This document shows positions 11,560 to 21,524 of a DNA stretch of 64,000 nt, one piece after another. A program made the position numbers and the translations under genes. The notes beneath the pieces are model-generated. The model worked only from the letters and a program-made list of their open reading frames with translations. It ran no database searches and was not told where the DNA came from. The DNA lies in the NCBI GenBank assembly GCA_017654855.1, contig CM030334.1:3844001-3908000 (forward strand). Direction: 5' to 3'. Numbering within the stretch: the stretch's first letter is position 1; the number at the start of each line of letters is the position of its first letter. Source of the DNA: Podospora anserina. Its lineage: Eukaryota.

Positions 11560-12561
11560 ATGCACCTTCATCACCTCGCCCTCCTCGGGGCCATCCCCCT
11601 ATCACTGGCTCACCCATCCCCGTCAACCCCCTCCATCACCGAACTCTTCGCCTACCCCCCCACAAACCCCATCTTCCTCGAAAACCTCCTCCCCCTCCCG
11701 GACTCCCGCCTCTTACTCTCCTCCTTCTCCCCCTCCCTCCTCCTTTTCTCTCCCAACTCCCCCACAACCCCAACCGCCCTCACCCCCTTCCCAAACTGCA
11801 CCTCCTACACAGGCCTAACCTCCCTCTCCCCCACCACCTACGCCGTCACAGGCGGCGTCATGGCCGGCCTCGGTTTCGACCCCACCACAACCGCCCTCCA
11901 CATCTTCTCCCTCCCCCCCAACTCCACCACCCCCACCCTCCTGAACTCCATCCCCCTCAACTACCCCCTCCCCAACGGCCTCCTCGCCCTCCCTTCCAAC
12001 AAAAGCATCATCCTCTCAGCCGACTCCCTCACCGGCTCCATCCTCCGGATCGACACAACAACCAACACCGTCACCACAATCCTCCAATCCCCCCAGCTCC
12101 TCGGCGGCACAGTCTTCCCCCTCGGCATCAACGGCCTCGCCGCCCGGCCCCTGTTCGACGGATACCTCTACTTCACCGTTTCCGGCCAGGGGTATTTCGG
12201 GAGGATCAAGCTCTCCAACCAGGGGTACATCCCCTCGGGCAGCCAGATCCAAGTGCTGGCCCAGATTCAGGACCCCGGGTGGGTCAACGCGTTTGACGAT
12301 CTCGATTTCGACCACACCGGCAAGAGCGCCTACATCGCCTGGCAGAGGGGGAGGGTCGTCAAGGTTACTCAGGGCGCATGGGGACAGCAGTGGACGCAGG
12401 AGGCTATCGTCAATGGGACCGAGGATGTGACGCTGAAGGGTGTTACGGCGGTGAAATTCGCGAAGGGCTGGTCGGGGAGGAAGGTCTTGTTTGCTACCAC
12501 CGGGGGACTGGAGGGGGAGAATGATCAGGTGGGAGGGCAGGTGGTGAGGATTGATCTCTAG
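11560..12561 (+). CDS. Secreted six-bladed beta-propeller (SMP-30/gluconolactonase-like, NHL-like fungal family)
   Basis: Signal peptide MHLHHLALLGAIPLSLA; propeller-type motifs FLENLLPLPDSRLLLS, PNGL...ADS.TGSILRID, GINGL...YLYFT, FDDLDFD and GGQVVRIDL. Confidence 0.75.
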   Translation: MHLHHLALLGAIPLSLAHPSPSTPSITELFAYPPTNPIFLENLLPLPDSRLLLSSFSPSLLLFSPNSPTTPTALTPFPNCTSYTGLTSLSPTTYAVTGGVMAGLGFDPTTTALHIFSLPPNSTTPTLLNSIPLNYPLPNGLLALPSNKSIILSADSLTGSILRIDTTTNTVTTILQSPQLLGGTVFPLGINGLAARPLFDGYLYFTVSGQGYFGRIKLSNQGYIPSGSQIQVLAQIQDPGWVNAFDDLDFDHTGKSAYIAWQRGRVVKVTQGAWGQQWTQEAIVNGTEDVTLKGVTAVKFAKGWSGRKVLFATTGGLEGENDQVGGQVVRIDL

Positions 12562-12821
12562 GGCTGCCGACGGCAAAGAACGATAGAAACAGAGGGACAA
12601 AGTCAGAAATAATGCATGTTGCCACAAGTCTTCTATCACCATGACCAGATATATATATATACATATATATATATATAAATATATGCATATATATGCCCCC
12701 TTTGATCCTTCTAATGCCACCATTAACAAGTATGCGCCTCCCATGACGGCTAAATGATACAAAACGGCCAACTCCAGACCTACCCAACCGTGTACAGTGC
12801 ACATCATTCATCACCTGACTC

Positions 12822-15800
12822 CTATATCCTTCCCCCGTCCAGCACTTCCCTCCCGAGGATCTCAACCTCGCCCGTCTCCCCTGTCCTTCTCCTTTCCACG
12901 ACCCATCGTTTTCCCTCATCACCGTCAGCCATCGTGTAAGAAATGCTATCCGCCGACCCCTTGTGTCGATGCCCCATGACCGGCCGTTGCCTTTCCCCTT
13001 CACCAACAACAAAGCCCTCTGTCCCCGTGCTCCTTTCCCCCGGCCCCTTCTCCCCCGCAGCACCATGAACATTAACCCCCTCAACAACCGGCAAAGCAGG
13101 CGCCAACCCCCTCCCGGTAACCGTCCTCTCCTCCTGCTCCTCCTCCTCCTCCTCCCCATCCTCCAGCACGGGCGAGCAAGCAAACGCGCTCCCGCTCCCG
13201 GCGGCAATACCCGGACTAGGCACCAAGACCGGCAACTGCACCCCCGGCGGCGGGGCAAACATGCCCATGCCTATGCCCATGCCCATGCCCATGCCCATCC
13301 CCACCGGCATCCCCATCATACCCATCTGATTGACATCCATACCTCCAATCCCCGGCGGCCGCTGCGGCAAAGGCGACACCACCGCCCCATTGATCCCATT
13401 AGCCCCCTGGTTATTGTTCCCAAAACCACCTGCAGTAAAAGCAGCCATCTGTGGCGCCGGACTCGCCGTCCCCTCCCCTCCCCCCTCCCCAACATCAGAA
13501 CTACTCCAAACCGAAAAGGCACTCCCCTTCCTACCGTGACCTATCGATCCGGCGTGCAGGTGCCCACCGAACGGTGACTCCGACGGTCCCCTCTCCGACT
13601 TTGGACTCCCCTCCCTCGAGCTGACTTGTGAGCCCCCGCCGCCGGCACCAAACGCCCGGTTTCTCGCCTTCATGTAAGCAGCCACACTCAGCGAATTCTC
13701 GTCGTCCCCCAGCAGCGCCAGCTGCGCCAGACCCGGACTGTTGATCGTGAGTGAGTTTCTTCCCGTGTCGCTCCCTATCGCGGGGGGGAGCGTCAGGGAC
13801 ATGATCGAGTTACGGTTCGAGTACTCTGACCGCTCCGTGATGGGCGTCAAGTTTGGTTCTCGGCAGACGATGCGCCCGCTCTTGCTGCGGCCTAACCCCC
13901 CAGCCGGGCCAAAATACCCGCCGTTGGCATAAGAAAACAAATTCTCGGCACTGAGGTCGGCCTGCTGGCCGTTGGAGTTGTTGCCGCTGCTGCTGTTGTT
14001 GTGATGCCCGTAGCCCCCTTGCGGCATGGGGGCAGAGTAAAAGCCAAACTCTTGGCCATACCACCCGTCCGAGTCGTTGGCGAGCGCCTCAGCATTGGCT
14101 TCGGCAATGATGGCATCATCGTCAAAGTCGTAGTCGTCTTGGTAGCCGCCGCCATAGTCGTCATAGTCCTTCTCGTAGTCATCAAAGCTGACCTCTTTTT
14201 CGTAGTCGTCCAGGATTGCGTCGAGGTTGTTGGCTGACTCGGCCGAGTCAGTTGGAGATGTTACGGTGAGCTCAGCTTCGGGTGTTGGTGACGAGTTGCG
14301 ACGGAATTTCCCCGAGGCCGCAGCCTTCTGAGCGGCTTCGGCGAGGGCAGCTTGGTATGCCAAGTCTTGGCCCGGGAAAGGCGACATTTCTGGTGGCTGA
14401 GGAGCCAGTTGGAATGCGGGTAATGGTTCCGCAGCTACCTTGTGTTCGGACTCAACGACCGGCTGCTGAGCCGCGGCGCTGATGGAGGTGTGGCCAGTGG
14501 ACGCCGCAGCCCCTAAAGCCCCTGACGGATCCGATGTCGTGTCAGAGGTGCGGTTGGAAGCCCCAAGCTGCGCAGCACGCATGGCTTCCTGGGCTTGCGC
14601 AAAGGCACCAGGTATTGGACGCCCGTATTTGTCTGTATCGTTATTGTCAAAGATGGACTCGTCAATGACAAATCCATCACCGGTAAAATCCAGCTCATCA
14701 GCCAGCCCGTCGTCAAAGTAAATGTCATCGTCAAGCCTCCTCCTCTCCGGTGCTGGGTTCGGAGCGATTTCGGCTTCGGGCACAGGTTCGGGTTGAGACT
14801 CCGGCACAGATTCGAGCGCAGGTTCCGGGACAGCCTCAGGGGCGGACTCAACAACCGACAGGCTGGTGGGCCGATGAGTAGGCTGTTCCAACGTCGCACC
14901 TCCAGGCTCATCCCCTGGCTGAATGCTCAACCCGTCCATGGCCTCCTCCAACTTTGGCAAGGTCGAAGGGTCCGGAAAGGCGGGCGTCAGCAGACCTGGT
15001 GTCGTGTCCTTGGTCATGGCGTAGCCAATAACTGTCCCATTGCCATCTCGTGGAGTCGGCAGCTGCATCCCTGCCGGGCTATGAGGGCTGGCCACCGCCG
15101 AGGCTGGGTTCGAGCGCTGAAAGACAAATCCGGCAAAGTTCTCCTGGTCATTGTCCGGATCGCCAGCGGCTTCGGGGTCCTCTTCTTCTTCTTCTTCTTC
15201 AATGTCATAATCCATACTCACACACGGTATGTCCTCTTCGAACCCGTCATCGTCCATCATGGCGTCATAGTCAAAATCCTCGTCAAAGTCATCGAATCGC
15301 GAGTCGCGCTGGCCCAGTGCTATATCGTCAGCGGGCTTCTTCTCCTGTTCACGCATACGATGGCGCTCTTCCAAAAGCTTTTCCTGTTTGGCAGCTCCAA
15401 TCATGTCAAAACTGAACCTCGACGAGGTGCTCTTCATGTGTTTTGGAATGGCAGACCGCACCGAGCTCTTCATGGAGAGCTTGGAGATGGAAAACGAGCG
15501 TGAGGCGGTGGTCCTGACCGATGCTTTCGAGTCCAATGGAGCACCAGCACCGATGGTAGTGGCCGCCGAGGTGGCCGACGACGAAGTCCGGGTGGACATG
15601 GCAGGCTCATCTTTGGGAGGTACGGGTGGCACTGCTTCTTCAGAAGCTGGAGGGAGCGTCCAGCCCCCATCAGCACTGCGCGTGCTTTCTGGGATGACCT
15701 CCTCTTGAAGGCGGTGACCGACATCACCAGGATCTGTCCGCGCACCCGGCGTGTCCGCAATCGCGGGCGTTTCTACCTGTGAAGCTGTGGTCGAAGCACT

Positions 15801-16562
15801 TAAAGCACCTTCGGTACTAGGGGTTACTCTTTTCGGGCGTGGGGCGCTGAAATCGTGGATTCTGGTGCCCCTGATGCTCACGTCTGGTGTTGGCGTCTTC
15901 ACCACCGCTTGTGACTCTGGTGGCTGATTGCTTGTTTTTCTCCTCAGCAATAATGATGACATGGAATTTCGCAAAAATGGTAGACTCTTCCTCCCCTTGG
16001 GAGCAGGTTCCGAAGGCGCTCCCGACGGCTGTGTAAGAGCGGTGTCACTAGACCCGCGGGCCCCGGACGGCCGAGCAGAGGATCCTCCTGATCCCAGCTG
16101 AAGATCTGTCGGAGCAAAGAAGGATGACGATTTGGAAGACTTGGACGGTTTGACGGCTGTCAGAGCTGGCCGGGCAGCAAGACCGGTGTTGATGGGCGGC
16201 GGCGGGGCCTTTGTTCTCGAGAATCGTTTTTCCGGCAGCGAGGTAGCCAAAGACGACTGAGCATTATCCGGTGCCGTCGACTCCTGCATGGTCCTCCTAA
16301 GCTGATGCAGGGCTACTCCTCCCAAGAATCCGGTGCTGTTTCCATCGAAGGCTGAGCGAGCGGGAGGCGACTGGGTGCTGTTGTTGACAGGTGTGCGACC
16401 GAGGTCGGGGTCGGCCGAGGAGACTCGCGCAAGCGGCTGTAGGGTGTTGTTGTCAGCGTCATGGTGGTGGCCAGCAGCGGCTTCCCATGTCGCAATCTGG
16501 TCGGGGGTGGGCTCGGAGGGGTTGGACGGGGCTCGTCGGTGGAATCGCAGGTGTGACAGCAT
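12822..16562 (-). CDS. Large acidic, low-complexity fungal protein of unknown function
   Basis: Uninterrupted 1246-aa ORF with conserved-looking islands (RGTRIHDFSAPRP, SRFSFDMIG, EANAEALANDSDGWYGQEFGFY, EPNLTPITERSEYS, RWVVERRRT) in a disordered background. Confidence 0.85.
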   Translation of the reverse strand: MLSHLRFHRRAPSNPSEPTPDQIATWEAAAGHHHDADNNTLQPLARVSSADPDLGRTPVNNSTQSPPARSAFDGNSTGFLGGVALHQLRRTMQESTAPDNAQSSLATSLPEKRFSRTKAPPPPINTGLAARPALTAVKPSKSSKSSSFFAPTDLQLGSGGSSARPSGARGSSDTALTQPSGAPSEPAPKGRKSLPFLRNSMSSLLLRRKTSNQPPESQAVVKTPTPDVSIRGTRIHDFSAPRPKRVTPSTEGALSASTTASQVETPAIADTPGARTDPGDVGHRLQEEVIPESTRSADGGWTLPPASEEAVPPVPPKDEPAMSTRTSSSATSAATTIGAGAPLDSKASVRTTASRSFSISKLSMKSSVRSAIPKHMKSTSSRFSFDMIGAAKQEKLLEERHRMREQEKKPADDIALGQRDSRFDDFDEDFDYDAMMDDDGFEEDIPCVSMDYDIEEEEEEEDPEAAGDPDNDQENFAGFVFQRSNPASAVASPHSPAGMQLPTPRDGNGTVIGYAMTKDTTPGLLTPAFPDPSTLPKLEEAMDGLSIQPGDEPGGATLEQPTHRPTSLSVVESAPEAVPEPALESVPESQPEPVPEAEIAPNPAPERRRLDDDIYFDDGLADELDFTGDGFVIDESIFDNNDTDKYGRPIPGAFAQAQEAMRAAQLGASNRTSDTTSDPSGALGAAASTGHTSISAAAQQPVVESEHKVAAEPLPAFQLAPQPPEMSPFPGQDLAYQAALAEAAQKAAASGKFRRNSSPTPEAELTVTSPTDSAESANNLDAILDDYEKEVSFDDYEKDYDDYGGGYQDDYDFDDDAIIAEANAEALANDSDGWYGQEFGFYSAPMPQGGYGHHNNSSSGNNSNGQQADLSAENLFSYANGGYFGPAGGLGRSKSGRIVCREPNLTPITERSEYSNRNSIMSLTLPPAIGSDTGRNSLTINSPGLAQLALLGDDENSLSVAAYMKARNRAFGAGGGGSQVSSREGSPKSERGPSESPFGGHLHAGSIGHGRKGSAFSVWSSSDVGEGGGEGTASPAPQMAAFTAGGFGNNNQGANGINGAVVSPLPQRPPGIGGMDVNQMGMMGMPVGMGMGMGMGIGMGMFAPPPGVQLPVLVPSPGIAAGSGSAFACSPVLEDGEEEEEEQEERTVTGRGLAPALPVVEGVNVHGAAGEKGPGERSTGTEGFVVGEGERQRPVMGHRHKGSADSISYTMADGDEGKRWVVERRRTGETGEVEILGREVLDGGRI

Positions 16563-17119
16563 TTTCTACTTCTTCAAGACACAACAAGACCTGGCAAAGC
16601 AGGCGGGGGTCTAAAACATTGAATCGCGACAGCGTAACGCGATCCCAGCTCGGATCGCGGACTGGTGGAGGGAGGGGGGGTATCGTGTATCGTGGGTGGC
16701 GCCACTGTAGGAGAGAGACAGTGTTTGACGTTGGAACTTGTGTATGTATACAATTCAACACATTTGAGAGCAAAAGAAGCGAGCGACAGGCGAATTGAAG
16801 AAGAAGAAGAAGAAGAAGAAGGAAGATCAGTTTTGGTGAAGATGGGTTGATGCGACGGAACAAACTCATGGAATCCTTGGCGGTCCACTTGGTAGTGTCT
16901 GTCAACGGCCGAGGGGTCAGTGCGTTTAGTGGGTTGGTGGGGGGGACTTTGTTATCAACGACGGCTTCTGTCGAGTGCTATGGTGCTATGGTGCTATGGT
17001 ACGGTTGACCATTTCCAGTTGAAGGATGTGTTCATCTGGAAGTGTATTTTATTGGGTAGCTAGGTAGGTAGGTATCTCCCTATCATTCATGGTGGTACTG
17101 ACACAGCACACCTTGAGCT

Positions 17120-17800
17120 TTGGAGCTCTCTGCCAAGCTCCAGGGCATCAGATACGGAGCTCAACAGTGCGGTTCATCCCAAGATACAAGTCCCGGACTA
17201 AAGACGAACAAGAGGTTTTATCTCGCGGTGGGGATGCAGCTTATGCAGCAGATGACGGGGGTTAATATTGTGACTTGTTATGCGCCAACGCTGTACAAGA
17301 CCGGGTTAGGGATGAGCGAGGAAAAGGCCTTGCTGTTAGGGGGTTTACGCAGGCGTGATATGTCTTGGCTTCTTTTGTCACTTGGGTATGCTATCGACAG
17401 AGTTGGGAGGAGGAAACTATTGATGAGCATGGCGTTTGGAATGGGAGTGGTTTTGGTCGGGGAGGGGCATTAGCAACAGCAGCGGATTCACATCTAGGAA
17501 CGATCACGACAAGTGGCTTGTCTGTTTCTATTTGAACGGTGCTTTACCTGGGGATGGATGGCGTGCGTGTGGGTGTGCCCTCCGGAAATTCTACCGTTGA
17601 GCATCAGAGCCAAGAGTTCGGCGTGGGCGGCGGCGGCCGTCTTTATGGGGAATTGGATCGTGGTAGAGGTGACACCGGTTGGGATCGCTAACGATGGGCT
17701 GGACGTTTTCATCTGACACGGGCCGGGTTCAACGCGGTCAAGGGCATTGTTATCTGGCTGTTTTACCCCGAGACGGGAGGACATGCCGCTGGAGGCCGTT
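17120..17800 (+). pseudogene. Degenerate MFS sugar-porter fragment (C-terminal half)
   Basis: QLMQQMTGVNIVTCYAP, AIDRVGRRKLL and WGWMACVWVCPPEILPLSIRAK are sugar-porter signatures. They are interrupted by stops (17471, 17714) and apparent frameshifts, and no N-terminal half is visible. Confidence 0.85.
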
Positions 17801-18473
17801 GATCTTGTTTTACTGGTCCGGCTCAGCGTGTCACGACCGAGGACAGCGATGCGTGGTTCGGCAGGCTGCAGTGGGACAGGGTGAGGGTAGCTGAGGAAGC
17901 TGTCAGGGTCAGTAGACTCAACAGAGAAGGGGAGAGACAGCCTCTCCTGTCCTCTTGAGTGTGTATCTCTCGAGACCCGGATGAGCTGTCAGTCTCAAAA
18001 GACCAGACGAACTTCTTGACTCTCCAAACATGAAACACGCCCAAACGGGAATAGCGGCACACACCCCACGAAGCTTGGCACAGGCTAAAAGACAACGTCA
18101 CAGGCCAGTCCCGGTCTCGTGTGTCAGGGTGGGTGTGTGGTGTGTAAGTGCCGTTCCAAGAATTTGACCCAAAGGGAAGAGGGAAGACGGGAGAAAAGAG
18201 GTCGTCATTTTTGCCTCTTTCTCCCTGTCTTTCGAGTTACTCAAAAGCAAGCTTCTGCTCTTGTTATTATCTGTGTCCTCGTCGCACCCGAAGTTGCGCA
18301 CAACCGCTGCGGACCACAACACAATGCCCCACCTTCTTGCCTCTGTGCGTTGAGCATTCTCGTATCGCTTCTGCTTCCACTTGATCGGCCATCATCTTTT
18401 TCGATTCGATACCACTTTCTTTTTCATTTTTCGACTACTGTTTTTGCTCTTTCTTCTACAGAGGCCGCAAAAC

Positions 18474-19295
18474 ATGGCCGACCAGCCAGTAGCCCCCGCC
18501 CGAGCCAGCACCCTCGAGATGGAACGAATCCGCTACGACCCCGAATGGGAGATCCCCACCAACTACCCCCCTCGCAAAAAGCCCGAGAACCCCCTCCTCG
18601 CAAAGATCAAGTCGACCTTTACCACCACCACTCCCTCAACCCTCCCGCCACCAGCAGCATCAGCACCAGCCGTCGTCAACATCGACTCAAAAGAAACCTC
18701 CCTCCCCCCATCCACCTCCCACTCGGCCAACGGCGTCCCCCTTCCCCCGGGTAAACAACACCCCGGCCTCCTAAACAGGTACCTCCCCCCAGAAAAGCGC
18801 TGCTTTGGTCATCTCACCCGCCGTACCTTCCTCCTGCTCCTCCTCGCCATCCTTTTCATCCTGGCCCTCGCCCTTGGTCTAGGCCTCGGCTTAGGTCTCC
18901 GACACCGTCAGTCCGAATCCATCCCCCTCCCCTGGACCTCGGCCGGAAAGGGGGTACAAACCGGCTCCCTGACCTTTTACGACCCCTCCTCTGCCGCCGG
19001 AGCATGCGGGTGGTACAGCTCCGATAACGACTCTGTTGTTGCTGTTTCGCATGCTCTATTCGATGCTGGGTTGGATGCCTCGGGGACGAAAAACTCGAAT
19101 GGGAACGTGCTCTGTGGACGGATGATACGAGTTTGGGAGGAGGGAAAGGAGGGGGATAAGAAGGTGGTGGAGGTTGTGGATCGGTGTACCGGTTGTGAGG
19201 TTAGGGATTTGGATTTGGGGGATGGGGTTTTTGGGGGGGTTACCGGGCAGGGGCAGGATAGGGGGCGGGTGAGGGGGGGGTGGGAGTGGGTTTAA
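18474..19295 (+). CDS. Membrane-anchored RlpA-like double-psi beta-barrel (expansin/Asp f7-like) protein
   Basis: Single TM segment FLLLLLAILFILALALGLGLGLGL followed by GSLTFYD...GACG...VVAVS...LCGRMI...VVDRCTGC...DLDL. Confidence 0.85.
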   Translation: MADQPVAPARASTLEMERIRYDPEWEIPTNYPPRKKPENPLLAKIKSTFTTTTPSTLPPPAASAPAVVNIDSKETSLPPSTSHSANGVPLPPGKQHPGLLNRYLPPEKRCFGHLTRRTFLLLLLAILFILALALGLGLGLGLRHRQSESIPLPWTSAGKGVQTGSLTFYDPSSAAGACGWYSSDNDSVVAVSHALFDAGLDASGTKNSNGNVLCGRMIRVWEEGKEGDKKVVEVVDRCTGCEVRDLDLGDGVFGGVTGQGQDRGRVRGGWEWV

Positions 19296-19879
19296 ACTTT
19301 TTTTGTTCCTCTCTTATTCTTCCTTCTGTTCTTGTGTTGGTGGAGTATGGAGTTTTGGAGGAGAGGGGGATAATGGATGGGTTGGGTTATTGGGACAGCG
19401 TATTTCTTTCTTTTCTTTTGTTTGTTTTTTTGCTATGTAATAACACTAGGGACTGGATTGGCAAGGGGTACTTCGGGGAGAAAATCAATGGACAGCACAC
19501 AAGGGAAACAGGACTTGGAAGGTATGGGAAATGATACCGCACACGGGTTGGCGATGGGAAGAAAAGAGCAGGTTGCAATGGTCGCCTACATAAGGCAGTC
19601 GACGGACAGTTCTAGCGGCTGCTGAATATATCATTTACGCTCTGGCAGCAATGTGACTTTTGGCAGAAGTGTGAAATGCGTTAATGTGTCAATGCGGTAA
19701 TTGACTGTCCTAGGAACCTGGCTTCTCTTTACCGCGGACATAATTCCTCCCTTTTCCATTCATGAAGAGAGAACCTTTACGGAACCCCTTATTCATCTCA
19801 TCAGTGCCTCCCTCCCTCCCTATTTACTTACCTCTCCTATAAAATAACAAAAGGCTTTAAAAGAAAAATAATAAGCGTT

Positions 19880-20257
19880 TACATTATTTTTGAAGGCCTT
19901 TAAAAAATCTTTTACAGCCCTTAAACTGTATTTTAAGCCTTTTTAACTATCTTTTAAGACCTCTTAACTAAATTTTCTTTTAACTTGTTTTAACTATGTT
20001 TTAACGTCTTTTAACTATGTTTTAACGTCCTTTAACTATATTTTAACGTCTTTTAACTGTATGTTAGAGCTTATTAAATATCTTTTACCCCTTAAATAGC
20101 CATGCTTTGCAATATACTTAAATTCTATATCAAGGGGGGGTGTTGGTAAGTTAAACAGGGGGCTCCGTATAGGTTCTCTCTTTATGAAGCAGTCACCAGA
20201 TATCACAAGTTCACACTGCATCACTGGTCTTTTTGCATCCACAATTTCCATTTCCAC
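19880..20257 (-). pseudogene. AT-rich, RIP-like relic with a 21-bp tandem repeat encoding heptads
   Basis: Repeat unit TTTTAACTATGTTTTAACGTC around 19990-20060; minus frame reads IQLKDVK-I*LKDVK-T*LKDVK-T*LKQVK with TAG where the first unit has CAG. Confidence 0.55.
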
Positions 20258-21372
20258 CGCCTCCCCTCATCCAAACATCCAGATATATACATTATATCCC
20301 CCTCTATCCTCCCTCAGCTCCACTACCACCATTAAATACATTACATATACTTCGTCTCTTGTACTGTTAGACATGCTACAACTAACCCGTCTCTTCTGTT
20401 CCATGTCCATTTGAATCGGTCCAGCCCATCCTTTTTTTTTCTGTCATGTCGCCTTCTGTTTGAGTCTGTGTTGTGTCTGTGTCACCCCAAATACCAATCC
20501 TTTCTTGTCCAGTGATAAACCCAAACCAAACCAAACCAAACCAAACCAAACGCCCATTATCCAATTCCCTTGAAGCAAAAAAAAAAACAAGAAAAAAAAA
20601 ACCCAAGAAACAATTTCCAATCTGATATCTTTGTAAAACCGACAGACAAAGACTTCATAAGCGTCATTTGATGATGCCACATGTTGGCTTGAACAGGTGG
20701 AAAAAAAAAAAAACAAAGGCGCCTGACTGGTTCAGGCTTCTTCTTGTGCCGAAATATTGCCCCTTCCCCCCGGAAATGCTCAATGCGTGCGCGACGAATG
20801 ATATAAAGAAACAATGAGATGTGTAAACATGTACAAAATCGAAGTGAAAAATAAAAAATGGGTTGACAATCTGGTGTGTGTGTTGGATGGCCTTCTCAGC
20901 CATGGTTTCTTCTTCCGTAAGCAAAACCGCGTGGTTGACAAGTGTAAACGTTGTATATAGCGCAAGTGATAATCCCCGGTCTTTCTTCACCTCGCAGGAT
21001 CCAATCTGCTTCTTGTTGTTGCTCTGGGTATCTTCCACCCCGTTGATGCAAAAAAAGAAGGTCATTGATTGAGGATCCGGCAAGAAAAAGAAAAAAAGGC
21101 TACTCCAACCAGAGAAACGTATCCCCGTCGATCGATCAATTGACTGATGAAATGAGTGAACCCATATCGGGAGGGAGGGGGGGTAAAAGCCTAGAGCGAT
21201 GGCTTCTTGAATTGTGAAAGTGAGAGAGAAATAGACCGAAAAATGCCGAGCAGTAAACCGCCCCGGCTGGGAAAAGGATGGAAAAGCACGGTTATACACC
21301 CTGCGCTTCCGTAAAGAAAAGGACTTTTTTTGGTGTTAGGTTTGTTCTTTTTTTTTTTTGGGTGGGAAAGGG

Positions 21373-21373
21373 G

Positions 21374-21417
<44 letters not shown>
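21373..21417. repeat. (GTT)15 microsatellite downstream of the KLAP1-like gene
   Basis: Perfect trinucleotide run read directly from the sequence. Confidence 0.95.
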
Positions 21418-21419
<2 letters not shown>

Positions 21420-21524
21420 GTAGTGTAAGGTGGTGATAAAACGAGATAGCAAAACCCATCTATCGCGGTACGCTAAGGCGGTCGAAGAAAACAACGCAAA
21501 AGGAACAAGATAGCCGACACTGAT

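Noticed and set aside
19980-20060. CRISPR-like appearance of periodic repeats (also at 49020-49210)
   Set aside because: These are contiguous tandem units with no unique spacers, in a eukaryotic genome with no cas genes.
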